A stretch of DNA of 64,000 nt, from positions 1 through 64,000 of the forward strand of contig JANOEP010000054.1 of NCBI GenBank assembly GCA_031441465.1. Reading direction: 5' to 3'. Every line of letters starts with the position of its first letter. Position 1 is the first letter of the stretch. The notes under the pieces are model-generated. The model worked only from the letters and a program-made list of their open reading frames with translations. It was not told where the DNA came from and did not search any database. Shown piece after piece: positions 42,266-52,396 of the stretch. The translations under genes were made by a program, and so were the position numbers. Source of the stretch: a bacterium (GTDB lineage Bacteria > Krumholzibacteriota > Krumholzibacteriia > LZORAL124-64-63).

Positions 42266-43558
42266 TCAGGCCGCCGACGGCCCGTGCACGGCCGTCAGCA
42301 GCCGGTCGGGGTCGAAATAGGTCCGGGCGCAACGCATGATGTCCTCGCGGCCCACCGCGTCGATCTCGCCCACCAGTTCGCTCGTCGGGATGAAGCGGTC
42401 GAAGAAGATCTCGTCCTTGGCGGCGCGGCCCATCTGGTTGGAGACCCCTTCCAGGGAGAAGATCAGCTGCGACTTGATCTGGGCCAGGGTGTCCGCGAGT
42501 TCCTCCTCCCCGACCCCGTCGCGCAGGAAGGCGCGGTACTCGCCGCGGACGACCGCCTCGAGCCGGGACAGCTTCGCCGGCGAACAGGAGCCCGAGCAGC
42601 TCACGAGGCCCACGTCGCGCCCCATGTCGGTGTAGGTGAAGACCGAGTAGGCCAGGCCCTCGCGCTCGCGCACCGCCTGGAAGACGCGGCTGGAGAGGCC
42701 GCCGCCCAGGATGTTGCTGAGCATCGCCAGCGGGACGCGGTCGGGATGGAGGTAGGAGACCGCCTGGTTGCCGATCTCGAAGTAGCACTGCTGGACGGGG
42801 CTGTCGATGACCAGACGGTCGCCGCGGACCTCGGCGCCGTCGAACAGGATGCCGGTCTCGTCGGCGGAGACCGCGGCCGGGGCGCGTTCCCGCGGCGGCG
42901 TCGCACCGGCCTCGGCGAAACAGGCGCACAGCGTGTCGGTCATCGCGGGCAGGATGTTGCCGGCGACGGCCACGACGAGGTTCGAGCCGGCGAACAGGTC
43001 GGCGTGCTCGCGCCGCAGGAGGTCCGCGTGCAACCCCCGCACCGACGCCGGCGTGCCCAGGATGGGCCGCCCGCGGGGATGGTCGCCGTACAGGCGGGCG
43101 GTGAAGGCGTCGTGCAGCAGGTCCTCGGGCGTGTCCAGGACCTCCTGGATCTCCTCGACGACGACGTCCTGCTCCAGGACCACCAGCGAGGGATCGAAGG
43201 CCGGGCGCAGGATCATGTCGGAGAGGGCTTCGGCGGTCGTCGCGAAGTATTCGGGCAGGACCTTCGCCGTGAAGGCCACGTGGTCCTTGGTCGTGAAGGC
43301 GTCGACGGAAGCGCCGACGCTGTCGAAGAGGCGGGCGATGTCGAAGGCGCTGCGCCGCCGCGAGCCCTTGAACACCATGTGCTCGAGGAAGTGGGCCAGG
43401 CCGCCCAGCCCCGCCGGCTCGTCCTGCGAGCCGCGGCGCAGCCACACTCCCAGGGAGACCGAGTGCGCGGACGCGACCGGGACGGTCAAGACGACCGTCC
43501 CGTTCGCGAGCGTCACCCGCTGAGGCGGGGTTTCGTTCTGGTAGGGACCGATGTTCAT
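42266..43558 (-). CDS. M16 family (pitrilysin) zinc peptidase
   Basis: GLAHFLEHMVFKG (HxxEH), LGGGLSSRVFQ.VRE.GLAYS; usual position after pnp. Confidence 0.93.
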   Translation of the reverse strand: MNIGPYQNETPPQRVTLANGTVVLTVPVASAHSVSLGVWLRRGSQDEPAGLGGLAHFLEHMVFKGSRRRSAFDIARLFDSVGASVDAFTTKDHVAFTAKVLPEYFATTAEALSDMILRPAFDPSLVVLEQDVVVEEIQEVLDTPEDLLHDAFTARLYGDHPRGRPILGTPASVRGLHADLLRREHADLFAGSNLVVAVAGNILPAMTDTLCACFAEAGATPPRERAPAAVSADETGILFDGAEVRGDRLVIDSPVQQCYFEIGNQAVSYLHPDRVPLAMLSNILGGGLSSRVFQAVREREGLAYSVFTYTDMGRDVGLVSCSGSCSPAKLSRLEAVVRGEYRAFLRDGVGEEELADTLAQIKSQLIFSLEGVSNQMGRAAKDEIFFDRFIPTSELVGEIDAVGREDIMRCARTYFDPDRLLTAVHGPSAA

Positions 43559-43576
43559 GCGTCGGTACCCGGTCGC

Positions 43577-45775
43577 CTAGCGGCGCCGCGGTCCGCGGTC
43601 GCGGCCGCCGCTGCCGCCCCCGCGCCCGCCCCGGTCGCCGCCGTCGCGGCGCGGTCCGCGGTCGCTCGACTGGTTGGGGTCGACGCCCTCGGGCACCGGC
43701 AGCAGCGCCTTGCGGCTGAGCCGGACCTTGCCCGAACGCGAATCGACCTCGACCAGCTTGACCTGGATCATCTCGTTGATCTGCAGGACGTCCTCGACGT
43801 TGCCGACGCGGAAATGTTCGATCTCCGAGATGTGGAGCAGGCCCTCCTTGCCGGGCAGGTACTCGACGAAGGCGCCGAAGTCCACGATCGAGACCACGCG
43901 TCCCGTGTAGACGGCGCCGACCTCGGGCTCGGTCATCATCATGCGGATGCGCTCGACGCACTCGTTGCCCTTCGCCTGGTCGGGCGCCGAGACGAAGACC
44001 AGACCGTCGTCGTTGATGTCGATGTTGGTCTCGGTCTCCTCCTGCAGCTTCTTGATCACCTTGCCGCCCGGGCCGATGAGTTCGCCGATGCGCTTGGGCG
44101 GGATCTGGATGGTGACGATCTTCGGGGCGTACTGGCACAGCTCCTTGGCCGGCTCGGCGATGGCCTCGTGCATGAGGCCCAGGATGTGCTGGCGCGCATT
44201 GCGGGCGTCGGTCAGGGCCTGCAGCATGATCGCGCGGCTGATGCCGCCGATCTTGGTGTCCATCTGGAAGGCCGTGATGCCGTCGCGGGTGCCGGTGACC
44301 TTGAAGTCCATGTCGCCGAGGTGGTCCTCGACGCCCAGGATGTCGGTCAGCACGGCGACCTTCTCGCCCTCCTTGATCAGGCCCATGGCCACGCCGGCCA
44401 CCGCCTTCTTCAGGGGCACGCCCGCCTGCATCAGCGCGAGGCTGGCGGAGCAGACCGTGGCCATCGAGCTCGAGCCGTTCGACTCCAGGATGTCCGACAC
44501 GATGCGGATCGTGTAGGGGAACTCCTCACGCGTCGGCAGCAACGGGCGCAGGGCGCGCTCGGCCAGCTTGCCGTGGCCGATCTCGCGGCGGCCGGTGCCG
44601 CTGTAGCGGCCGGTCTCGCCCACGCTGAACGGCGGGAAGTTGTAGTGGAGGTAGTAGGGGCTCCACCACTCGCCCTCGAGGGCGTCGATCTTCTGCTCGT
44701 CCGACTTGGTGCCCAGGGTCACGGTGCCCAGCGCCTGGGTTTCGCCGCGGGTGAACAGGGCCGAGCCGTGGACGCGGGGCAGCAGGCCCAGCTCGATGTC
44801 GATCGGGCGCACCGTGGTGAGGTCGCGGCCGTCGGCGCGCACGCCCTCGTCCACGACCATGGCCCGCATCGCCTTCTTCTCGAGCTTGGCCAAGGCCGCC
44901 AGGGAGTCGGCGTCGGGCTTGCCCGCCGCGTCGACGAAGGTCGTCTTGACCTTCTCGTGCAGGGCCGCCACGGCGTCCTGGCGCGTGTGCTTGGCCTTGA
45001 TGCGGATGGCGGCGTCGAGGTCCGACGCCACGGCGGCGCGGACGGCCTCGACCTTCGCGGGGTCGAGCTGGCGGATCGCCACCGCGAACTTCGCGCGCGA
45101 GCCGGCCTTGGCGACCAGGTCGCGCTGCAGGGCGTTGAGCTGGCGGATCCAGCCGTGGGCGAAGTCGATGGCGTCGAGCAGGCGGTCCTCGGAGACTTCG
45201 CTGCAGGAGCCCTCGATCATGCAGACGATGTCGTCGGTGCCGGCCACGACCAGGTCCATGCTCGATTCCTCGAGCTGGGCGAAGGTCGGGTTGGGCACGA
45301 ACTCGCCGGCGATCTCGGCTACGCGCAGGCCCGAGACGTACTCGCCGAACGGCACGTCCGACAGGTTCAGGGCAAGGGAGGCGCCCGTGATGCTCAAGAC
45401 GTCGGCGTGGAAGTCGGTGTCCGAACTGATCACGAAGGCCACGACGTCGGTCGCGTGGCGGTAGCCGTCGGGGAACATCGGTCGCAGCGGACGGTCGATG
45501 AGGCGCGCGGACAGGGTCTCGCGCTCGCTCGGCCGGGCCTCGCGCTTGAAGAATCCGCCCGGGATCTTGCCCGCGGCGTAAGTCTTGTTGCGGTACTCGA
45601 CGAACAGCGGGAGGAAGTCGCGGTCGCTGATGTTCTTGTCCGCCGTGGCCGTCACCAGGACCCGGGTGTCGCCCAGGCCCACGACGCAGGCGCCGCCCGC
45701 CTGTCGTGCCATCTTGCCGGTCTCGAGCGAGTACTCGGCGCCGTTCATCTGCAATGCCGTCTTGTGTCCGTTCAT
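43577..45775 (-). CDS. pnp: Polynucleotide phosphorylase
   Basis: AGKIPGGFFKRE, RLIDRPLRP, HGSALFTRGETQ, ESNGSSSMA, DHLGDMDFK, KH and S1 domains. Confidence 0.98.
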   Translation of the reverse strand: MNGHKTALQMNGAEYSLETGKMARQAGGACVVGLGDTRVLVTATADKNISDRDFLPLFVEYRNKTYAAGKIPGGFFKREARPSERETLSARLIDRPLRPMFPDGYRHATDVVAFVISSDTDFHADVLSITGASLALNLSDVPFGEYVSGLRVAEIAGEFVPNPTFAQLEESSMDLVVAGTDDIVCMIEGSCSEVSEDRLLDAIDFAHGWIRQLNALQRDLVAKAGSRAKFAVAIRQLDPAKVEAVRAAVASDLDAAIRIKAKHTRQDAVAALHEKVKTTFVDAAGKPDADSLAALAKLEKKAMRAMVVDEGVRADGRDLTTVRPIDIELGLLPRVHGSALFTRGETQALGTVTLGTKSDEQKIDALEGEWWSPYYLHYNFPPFSVGETGRYSGTGRREIGHGKLAERALRPLLPTREEFPYTIRIVSDILESNGSSSMATVCSASLALMQAGVPLKKAVAGVAMGLIKEGEKVAVLTDILGVEDHLGDMDFKVTGTRDGITAFQMDTKIGGISRAIMLQALTDARNARQHILGLMHEAIAEPAKELCQYAPKIVTIQIPPKRIGELIGPGGKVIKKLQEETETNIDINDDGLVFVSAPDQAKGNECVERIRMMMTEPEVGAVYTGRVVSIVDFGAFVEYLPGKEGLLHISEIEHFRVGNVEDVLQINEMIQVKLVEVDSRSGKVRLSRKALLPVPEGVDPNQSSDRGPRRDGGDRGGRGGGSGGRDRGPRRR

Positions 45776-45970
45776 GTTTCTACTTTTCCTTCCTTACAGC
45801 TTTTGCGCGTCATGCGCTGGCGTCCGCCAATGCGGACGGCCGCGGACGTGCGGCCACGCCGCGGCTTTGCTCCCGGGATGTGTGCGACGCGCACCGATCC
45901 CGCCGGGACCCGCCTGATTTATTGGAGAATGCGGTGTCCTGTCCGAATCCATGGGGCGGCACCGCGGCTC

Positions 45971-46240
45971 TCAGCCGCGGATACCCAGCTCCTTGATCAG
46001 GGAGCGATAGCTCTCCAGGTTCTTCCGCTTCAGGTAGTTCAGCAGCCGCTTGCGCTGCCCGACCATCTTCAACAGCCCACGCCGGGAATGGAAGTCCTTC
46101 TTGTGGGTCTTGAAGTGTTCGGTGAGGTGGTTGATGCGCGCGGTCAGCAACGCGATCTGCACCTCGGGCGAGCCGGAATCCGACTCGTGCTTCCTGAACT
46201 GCGAGATGACCTGGTCTTTCTGATCCTTGTTCATTGCCAT
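45971..46240 (-). CDS. rpsO: 30S ribosomal protein S15
   Basis: [17 protein letters not shown]...HKKD.HSRRGL; AAGGAGG RBS. Confidence 0.98.
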   Translation of the reverse strand: MAMNKDQKDQVISQFRKHESDSGSPEVQIALLTARINHLTEHFKTHKKDFHSRRGLLKMVGQRKRLLNYLKRKNLESYRSLIKELGIRG

Positions 46241-46410
46241 CGTCAGAACCTCCTTAGCTCATGACGTCACGATGGCCGCAGGCTGGCGCCCGTCCGCAGG
46301 GGTCTTGTCAGGTTCCCCGTGGCCGAGCCTGGTCGCCGCTGGGCGTGCCAACCCGCTTACTGGCGCTGGGCACTACAAAAACGCGAGGCTGAACCCCGCG
46401 ACCCGGCGCC
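46241..46410 (-). ncRNA. Long structured rpsO 5' leader (candidate S15-binding cis-regulatory RNA)
   Basis: Lies between the promoter and the rpsO ATG; nested pairings GGCGCC/GGCGCC, GGGUC/GACCC, GGUUC/GAACC, AGCCU/AGGCU, GUGCC/GGCAC. Confidence 0.5.
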
Positions 46411-46415
46411 CGCAG

Positions 46416-46444
46416 AATATAGCCGAGGCCACAACCGGGGGCAA
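46416..46444 (-). promoter_or_regulatory. Putative sigma70 promoter of rpsO-pnp
   Basis: TTGCCC-N17-TATATT. Confidence 0.65.
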
Positions 46445-46587
46445 GCGGGATTCCGCCGTGCCATCGGCCGCGGACGAACGGACTTGAGCGGGGGCCCGGC
46501 GCCGCGGAGAAACCGCCGGCACTTGGGCCCCCATCCTGTTGGATTTTCGTCGCTTGTGATTGTCGGCGGCGGCCCCTGCCCCAACGC

Positions 46588-47211
46588 TCAGGCCTCACGA
46601 GCAGTCGGTAGGATCCCCCGCCGCTCCAGCTCACGCAGGATCTGGCCGATGCACTCGGGCCCGTCGTGCTCGTCCGTCTGGACGACCAGTTCCGGCGTCA
46701 GCGGCTCCTCGTAGGGGGCGCTGATGCCGGTGAACTCGGCGATCTCACCCGCGCGCGCCTTCTTGTAGAGGCCCTTGGTGTCGCGGCGCTCGCATTCCTC
46801 CAGGGAGCAGCGGCAGTAGATCTCCAGGAAGTCGCCGTCCTCGACCAGCTCGCGGTTGGCGTCACGGTCGGTGCGGTAGGGCGAGATGAAGGCGGTCAGC
46901 ACGATCACCCCGGCGTCGAGCATCAGCTTGGACACTTCGCCGATGCGCCGGATGTTCTCGGTGCGGTCGGCGGGGCTGAAGCCCAGGTCGCGGTTCAGGC
47001 CGAAGCGGATGTTGTCGCCGTCCAGGACATAGGTCTGGCAGCCGCGCTCGAAGAGCGCCTGCTCGAGGCCGCGGGCCAGCGTCGACTTGCCGGCGCCGGA
47101 CAGGCCCGTGAACCAGAGGATGGCCCCGCGATGGCCGTTGCGGCGGGTGCGGTCGGCGCGTTTGATGTCCGAGTGCGACCAGGTGATGTTGCGGCTCTTC
47201 GGTGTGGTCAT
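46588..47211 (-). CDS. cysC: Adenylyl-sulfate kinase
   Basis: LWFTGLSGAGKST, LDGDNIR.GL..DLGFS..DR.ENIRR, FISPY, KGLYKKA, FTGISAPYE.P. Confidence 0.96.
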   Translation of the reverse strand: MTTPKSRNITWSHSDIKRADRTRRNGHRGAILWFTGLSGAGKSTLARGLEQALFERGCQTYVLDGDNIRFGLNRDLGFSPADRTENIRRIGEVSKLMLDAGVIVLTAFISPYRTDRDANRELVEDGDFLEIYCRCSLEECERRDTKGLYKKARAGEIAEFTGISAPYEEPLTPELVVQTDEHDGPECIGQILRELERRGILPTAREA

Positions 47212-47323
47212 GTCAGCTCCCGCCGCACGCTCGGCGCGGTCTTGAAGTGGTGGGTGCGGGTGAAGAACGCTCCTGCCGCCCGGACCGGCAAGTGAAAAAA
47301 CGATGAACCCGGGGTCCTCGGGC

Positions 47324-47869
47324 TCAGTCGAACAGCGGGGCCTCCCGCAGCGGGACCGCGCCGCGGTCCTTCTCCGACAGCACCGCCGCGGCCGGCAGCG
47401 GCCAGGCGATCCCCAGCTCCGGGTCGTCCCACCGGATGCAGCGCTCGGCTTCCTTGTCGTAGTAGTCCGTGGTCTTGTAGAGCACGTCCGCCTCGTCGCT
47501 CAGGGTCAGGAAGGCGTGGGCGAACCCCGGCGGGATCCAGAGCTGGTGGTGGTTCTCGTCCGAGAGCACCGCCGCGGTCCACTTCCCGCAGGTGGGCGAG
47601 CCGCGCCGCAGGTCCACGGCCACGTCGAAGATCTCGCCGCGCACCGCCTGCACGAGCTTGCCCTGGACGTGCCGCACCTGATAGTGCAGGCCCCGCACGA
47701 CGCCCCGACGCGAGCGGGAGTGGTTGTCCTGCACGAAATCCGGCAGGAAACCGACGGCTTCGCGCCAGGTCCGGGCGTTGAAGCTCTCCAGGAAGAAGCC
47801 CCGCGCATCCGGGAAGACCCGCGGCTCCAGCCGCAGCACGTCGGGCAGATCCGTCTTCTTGACGATCAT
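47324..47869 (-). CDS. rfbC: dTDP-4-dehydrorhamnose 3,5-epimerase
   Basis: DARGFFLESF, FVQDNHS.S..GV.RGLHYQ, QGKLV, DVAVDLR, PGFAHAF. Confidence 0.96.
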   Translation of the reverse strand: MIVKKTDLPDVLRLEPRVFPDARGFFLESFNARTWREAVGFLPDFVQDNHSRSRRGVVRGLHYQVRHVQGKLVQAVRGEIFDVAVDLRRGSPTCGKWTAAVLSDENHHQLWIPPGFAHAFLTLSDEADVLYKTTDYYDKEAERCIRWDDPELGIAWPLPAAAVLSEKDRGAVPLREAPLFD

Positions 47870-48766
47870 CTACAGGCCTTCCTTCAGGAGCCGCTCGAGG
47901 TAGGAGCGGTAGCTCGACGCGGGCATCGCCGCGGTCGTCGCCTCCAGGCCGGCCCGGTCCAGGAAGCCCCGGTTGTAGGCCACCTCCTCCAGGCAGGCGA
48001 TCTTGAGCCCCTGGCGGGCCTCGAGCAGTCCGATGAACTGGCTGGCCTCGAGCAGGCTCGTGTGGGTGCCGGTGTCCAGCCAGGCGATGCCCCGACCCAG
48101 TTTCTCGACCACCAGCTCGCCGCGCTCGAGGTAGGCCCGGTTGACGTCGGAGATCTCCAGTTCGCCGCGCGGGGAAGGCTTCAGGCCGCGGGTGATCTCC
48201 ACGACCTTGCCGTCGAAGAGGTAGAGCCCCGGCACCGCGTAGCGCGAACGCGGCCGCAGCGGCTTCTCCTCGATGCTGATGGCGAGACCCGCGGCGTCGA
48301 ACTCCACCACGCCGTAGCGCTCGGGGTCCAGCACCGGGTAGCCGAAGATGCGGGCGCCGTGGCGGAACCCGGCCACCATGCGGTCGAGGTTCATGCGCCC
48401 GTGGAAGACGTTGTCGCCCAGGATCAGGCAGACGCCCTCGCCCGCCAGGAACTCCTCCCCGACCAGGAAGGCCTGGGCGATGCCCTTGGGCTCGGGCTGG
48501 ACCAGGTAGGTCAGGCTGATGCCCCACTGGGAGCCGTCGCCCAACAAGTCCACGAAACGCGGGGTGTCCTGCGGCGTCGAGATCACCAGGATGTCGCGCA
48601 GCCCGGCCATCATCAGGGTCGCGAGCGGGTAGTAGATCATGGGCTTGTCGTACACCGGCTGCAGCTGCTTGCTGGCCACGCGGGTCAGCGGGTACAGGCG
48701 GCTGCCGGCGCCGCCGGCCAGCACGATCCCCTTGCGGAGACCCGGGGCGGGGGTGGGGTCGTTCAT
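47870..48766 (-). CDS. rfbA: Glucose-1-phosphate thymidylyltransferase
   Basis: [15 protein letters not shown]...[39 protein letters not shown]; the ATG overlaps the ribF stop. Confidence 0.96.
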   Translation of the reverse strand: MNDPTPAPGLRKGIVLAGGAGSRLYPLTRVASKQLQPVYDKPMIYYPLATLMMAGLRDILVISTPQDTPRFVDLLGDGSQWGISLTYLVQPEPKGIAQAFLVGEEFLAGEGVCLILGDNVFHGRMNLDRMVAGFRHGARIFGYPVLDPERYGVVEFDAAGLAISIEEKPLRPRSRYAVPGLYLFDGKVVEITRGLKPSPRGELEISDVNRAYLERGELVVEKLGRGIAWLDTGTHTSLLEASQFIGLLEARQGLKIACLEEVAYNRGFLDRAGLEATTAAMPASSYRSYLERLLKEGL

Positions 48767-49896
48767 CGGTCGCTCCTGGGCGGGGGCGCTGCGCCCTCGC
48801 GCCGGTTGAAGGTCTCGGGATCGAGAGCCGCGCGCGCGGCGGCCTCGTCGCGGGCCAGCTGCTCCCGCAGCGCCGCGACCGAGGGGAACGTGCGTTCGTC
48901 GCGCAGTCGGGCCACCCATTCCAGCTTGAGGCTGCGCTCGCGCACGTACCCGTGGAAATCCAGCACGTGCACTTCGAGCCGCGGCCGGGGCAGGCCGCCG
49001 GGATTGACCGTCGGCGCCAGGCCGAAGTTGAGCATCCCCCGGCAGACGGCGCGCTCGGTGCCCGGCGCGCCGAGCAGGTCGCCGTGGCGATCGACTTCGG
49101 GCAGATGGCCGTGACGGTAACCGGCCACCGCGCGGAGGTCGTCGCCGGCGACGGCGTCGGTCGGCACGTGAACCCAGACGGCGTAGACGCCGGGCGCCGG
49201 CAGCTGCTTGTCGGGATCCAGGGGCTCGACGTTGGCCGTCGGGTAGCCCAGCGTCGCGCCGCGGCCGGCGCCGTACCCCACCTCGCCCCACAGGCTGTAC
49301 GGCCGGCCGAGCATGGCGGCGGCCCGCGCCACCTCGCCCTCGCGCAGCAGGCGGCGGATCGCGGAGCTGCTGACGACCTCGCCGCCCAGCGCCAGCGGCG
49401 GCACGATCTCGAAACCGAAGCCGTCGCGCCGGGCCAGCTCCGCCAGGGAGTCGGCGCGGCCGCCGCGGCCGGCGCCCAGGTGAACATCGTGACCGCCGAC
49501 GAGGTGGCGCATGCCCAACAGGCCGCGCAGGAAGCGGCGGACGAACTCGTCGTAGGGCATCGCCGCGAGCGCCGGGCAGAAGTCGGCGGCGACCACCGCG
49601 TCGATGCCCGTGTCCTGCAGCAGGGCGAGCTTCTCGCTCCAACTGGTCAGCAGGCGCGGGCGGTCGGCGTCCAGGACGCTGCGCGGGTGGTGACGGAAGG
49701 TGAACAGGCAGCTCAGGGCGAGGTCGCGCCCGTCGCGGGTCTCGCGGACGGCGTCGATCAGCGCGCGGTGGCCGAGGTGCACGCCGTCGAAGGCGCCCAG
49801 AGCAACCGCCGTCTCGGACAGGGCGCCGCCGGGAAGGTCCTCGCGACCGTCCAGGATCCGCGTGATCAGTTCGCTGCTGAGACGGATCAGGCGCAA
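48763..49896 (-). CDS. ribF: Bifunctional riboflavin kinase/FAD synthetase
   Basis: [41 protein letters not shown]. Confidence 0.94.
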   Translation of the reverse strand: MRLIRLSSELITRILDGREDLPGGALSETAVALGAFDGVHLGHRALIDAVRETRDGRDLALSCLFTFRHHPRSVLDADRPRLLTSWSEKLALLQDTGIDAVVAADFCPALAAMPYDEFVRRFLRGLLGMRHLVGGHDVHLGAGRGGRADSLAELARRDGFGFEIVPPLALGGEVVSSSAIRRLLREGEVARAAAMLGRPYSLWGEVGYGAGRGATLGYPTANVEPLDPDKQLPAPGVYAVWVHVPTDAVAGDDLRAVAGYRHGHLPEVDRHGDLLGAPGTERAVCRGMLNFGLAPTVNPGGLPRPRLEVHVLDFHGYVRERSLKLEWVARLRDERTFPSVAALREQLARDEAAARAALDPETFNRREGAAPPPRSDR

Positions 49897-49905
49897 GGTC
49901 TCCCC

Positions 49906-50901
49906 CTAGTCCGACCCGGGCGTCGCCGGGAACACGGCCGGCGTGCGCAGGCTCCGCGTCGCGGCATCATCTTCGCCCATCCGCGCGACCGCGACCAGGC
50001 CGCCGTCCGGGGCCAGCAGCCGCAAGAGACCAGCGGGCCCCGTCGCGGCGGCCGCGACCGCCGCCCGCGCCGTCAGTTCCGCGCCCGGAGGCAGCCCCCG
50101 CCGCAGGTCCGCGGCCTCCCCCGCCGTCAGTTCGACCGCCGACGCTGCCGGCAGGGCCAGGGCGCAGGGGATCACCGCGGCGGCGACGGCCCGCGCGTCC
50201 CGCATCATATCCGCCGGCATGGCCCGTGCAACCTCAAAGGACCCGACCCGCTCCCGCCGCAGCGCCGACAGGTGGCCGACGGTGTCCAGGGCGAACGCCA
50301 GGTCGCGGGCCAGCGAGCGGACGTACGTGCCGGCCGAACACGCCAGCACCAGGTCGGCCTCGTGGATCGTCGCTCCCCCGGGTCCGGCGACGCCCCACCT
50401 CGCGGCCGCCAGCTCGAGCGAGGAAACCCGCACCGCGCGCGCGGGCGCCGGCTGCGGCTGCTCGCCGCGGCGGGCCCGCTTGTAGAGCGGCACGCCGTCG
50501 CGCTTCAAGGCCGAGATCACGGGTGGGATCTGCAGCAGGTCGCCGCGGAAGCGGGACAGCGCGGCCTCGAGGTCGGCCGCCGACGCCGCGACCGCCGAAC
50601 GGGCGTCCGGCTCGCCGTCGGCGTCGAGGGTGTCGGTGGACAGGCCGAAGCTGACGGTGGCCCGGTAGGACTTGTCGTGGCCGAGCAGGAAGGTCGAGAG
50701 GCGGGTGGCCGCGCCGCAGAGCACCAGGAGCAGCCCGGTGGCCATGGGGTCGAGCGTGCCGGCGTGGCCGCAGCGGTAGCGCGGCGCGCCGCGCGGCTGA
50801 CGGCCGGGGCTCAGGGTGCGCAGGACGGTCGCCACCACGGCGTGGGAAGACACGCCCCGGGGCTTGTCCACCAGCAGCAACCCGTGCGGTCTGGTCTCCA
50901 T
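49906..50901 (-). CDS. truB: tRNA pseudouridine-55 synthase
   Basis: [44 protein letters not shown]. Confidence 0.96.
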   Translation of the reverse strand: METRPHGLLLVDKPRGVSSHAVVATVLRTLSPGRQPRGAPRYRCGHAGTLDPMATGLLLVLCGAATRLSTFLLGHDKSYRATVSFGLSTDTLDADGEPDARSAVAASAADLEAALSRFRGDLLQIPPVISALKRDGVPLYKRARRGEQPQPAPARAVRVSSLELAAARWGVAGPGGATIHEADLVLACSAGTYVRSLARDLAFALDTVGHLSALRRERVGSFEVARAMPADMMRDARAVAAAVIPCALALPAASAVELTAGEAADLRRGLPPGAELTARAAVAAAATGPAGLLRLLAPDGGLVAVARMGEDDAATRSLRTPAVFPATPGSD

Positions 50902-50910
50902 GCCGCGGCG

Positions 50911-52323
50911 TCAGTCGAGCTGGGGGGCGAGTTCCGCCACGAACGCCGCGGTCAGTGTCTCGGGGTCCCCGAACAGGGTGCAGCCGGCCGCCTGATGGTG
51001 GCCGCCGCCGCCGCGCTGCGACGCGGCCGCGTGCACGTCGCCGGCGGCGTCGGTGCGCAGCGACACGCGCCAGGCGCCGTCCTCGCGCTCCTTCAGGAAC
51101 ACGATGAAGCGCACGCCGCGCACCGCCGAGGCCAGGCCCGTGAACTGCTCGGTGTCGGTCATGGACGTCCCCGTCGCGGCGAGCATCCCGCGCGTGACGC
51201 GGAGCGTCAGGATGCGCCCCCCGTGGTGGTAGGCGAAGGTGTCGATCACCCTGGCCAGCAGCGCCAGCGAGGCCGGCGTGCGCTGGTGCAGGGTCCGCTC
51301 CGCGACGTCGGCGGCGTCGGCCCCGGCGGCCACCAGACGGCCGGCGGCCTCGAAGCTCAGCGGCAGGGTGTTCGGGAAGCGGAAGCCCCCAGTGTCGGTG
51401 TAGAGGCCGGCGTAGAGGTTGGTGGCCATCGTCGCCGTGAGGTCGAACCCGGGTTCGCCGCCGTCCTGCCCGGCGGCGAGCGACTCGATCACCCGCAACA
51501 CCAGCAGCGAAGCCGAGCTGGCCACCGGCTCGAGCCAGCCGGGCAGCGGCGCGGGACCGTTTCCGTCGAGATGGTGGTCGATGCACCAGGCGGCGCCGAC
51601 ACGCGCGAGCAGCGGCTCCAGGTCACCGGCCCGCTCGAGATGGTGGCAGTCCACCGTCACGACCAGGTCGGGCCCTTCGTCGTTGGCCATCGCCGCGGCG
51701 ACAGCGTCCGGTTCGAGCGCGTCCGTGTAGCCGGGCAGAGCTTCGCAGCCCGCCGGCGCCTCGAGGTAGCGCAGGGCCTCGGCGTCCTTGCCGGCGGCGC
51801 GCAGGGCCTCGGCCAGCGCCAGCGCGGAGCCCATGGCGTCGGGGTCGGGGTTGACGTGGGGCACGACCCAGATCCGCGACGCGCCGGCGAGGGCCGCGAG
51901 CAGGTCGCGCGGCGGCTCGAGCGAGTCCAGGGTCCGGCGGCGCCGGCGCTCGGCCTCGCCCACGAACTCGCCGCGGGCGCTCAGCTCGTCGAGGATGATC
52001 TCGACGCCCATCCCCTGGTCCAGCGATTCGTCGTAGATGAAGCGCAGGTCGGGCGTGGCGCGCAGGCGCAGCAGATCGCTGACGCGCCCCTGCAGGAAGC
52101 CGCGGGCCTTCTTGAGGCCGGCCAGGCTGTCCGCCCGCTCCCGCTCGCCGCCGAGGACCGACACATACACCAGCGCGACGGTCTGGTCGCGGTTGAGTTC
52201 AACGCCGTTGATCGTGACGAAGCCGACGCGGGGGTCCTTGACCTCGACGGCGAGCAGCTCGCCGAGGACCTTGCGGATCGCCGCGTTCTGGCGTTGCAGC
52301 TTGTAGGGATCCATGTCCACCAT
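50911..52323 (-). CDS. rbfA: Fusion of ribosome-binding factor A and a DHH/DHHA1 phosphoesterase (NrnA-like)
   Basis: N-terminal KDPR.G.VTI..V, L....GFL...V...LRLR.TP.LRF.YD.S (RbfA), in frame with H.NPDPDA.GS, VDC, IDHH, TDTG.F, VSLR and GGGGH..AAG (DHH/DHHA1). Start 52323 or 52314. Confidence 0.88.
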   Translation of the reverse strand: MVDMDPYKLQRQNAAIRKVLGELLAVEVKDPRVGFVTINGVELNRDQTVALVYVSVLGGERERADSLAGLKKARGFLQGRVSDLLRLRATPDLRFIYDESLDQGMGVEIILDELSARGEFVGEAERRRRRTLDSLEPPRDLLAALAGASRIWVVPHVNPDPDAMGSALALAEALRAAGKDAEALRYLEAPAGCEALPGYTDALEPDAVAAAMANDEGPDLVVTVDCHHLERAGDLEPLLARVGAAWCIDHHLDGNGPAPLPGWLEPVASSASLLVLRVIESLAAGQDGGEPGFDLTATMATNLYAGLYTDTGGFRFPNTLPLSFEAAGRLVAAGADAADVAERTLHQRTPASLALLARVIDTFAYHHGGRILTLRVTRGMLAATGTSMTDTEQFTGLASAVRGVRFIVFLKEREDGAWRVSLRTDAAGDVHAAASQRGGGGHHQAAGCTLFGDPETLTAAFVAELAPQLD

Positions 52324-52396
52324 CCTGGAAACGCGGCAGGACGGCTGCGCGCCGTCCTGCCCGCCGGTCCGCCGGCGCCGGCCGCGCGCGTCCGCG

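Noticed and set aside
42284..46264. Very long plus-strand ORFs (also 48952-52527, 58840-62256, 33057-36017, 15084-18026, 19104-21893, 37751-40564)
   Set aside because: Antisense shadows of real minus-strand genes; stop codons are scarce at this GC content and the translations have no motifs.
46250..46415. tRNA, SRP RNA or 6S RNA
   Set aside because: No cloverleaf or T-loop, no SRP helix-8 motif, and no terminator before rpsO. It is better explained as the rpsO leader, though 6S cannot be fully excluded without cmscan.
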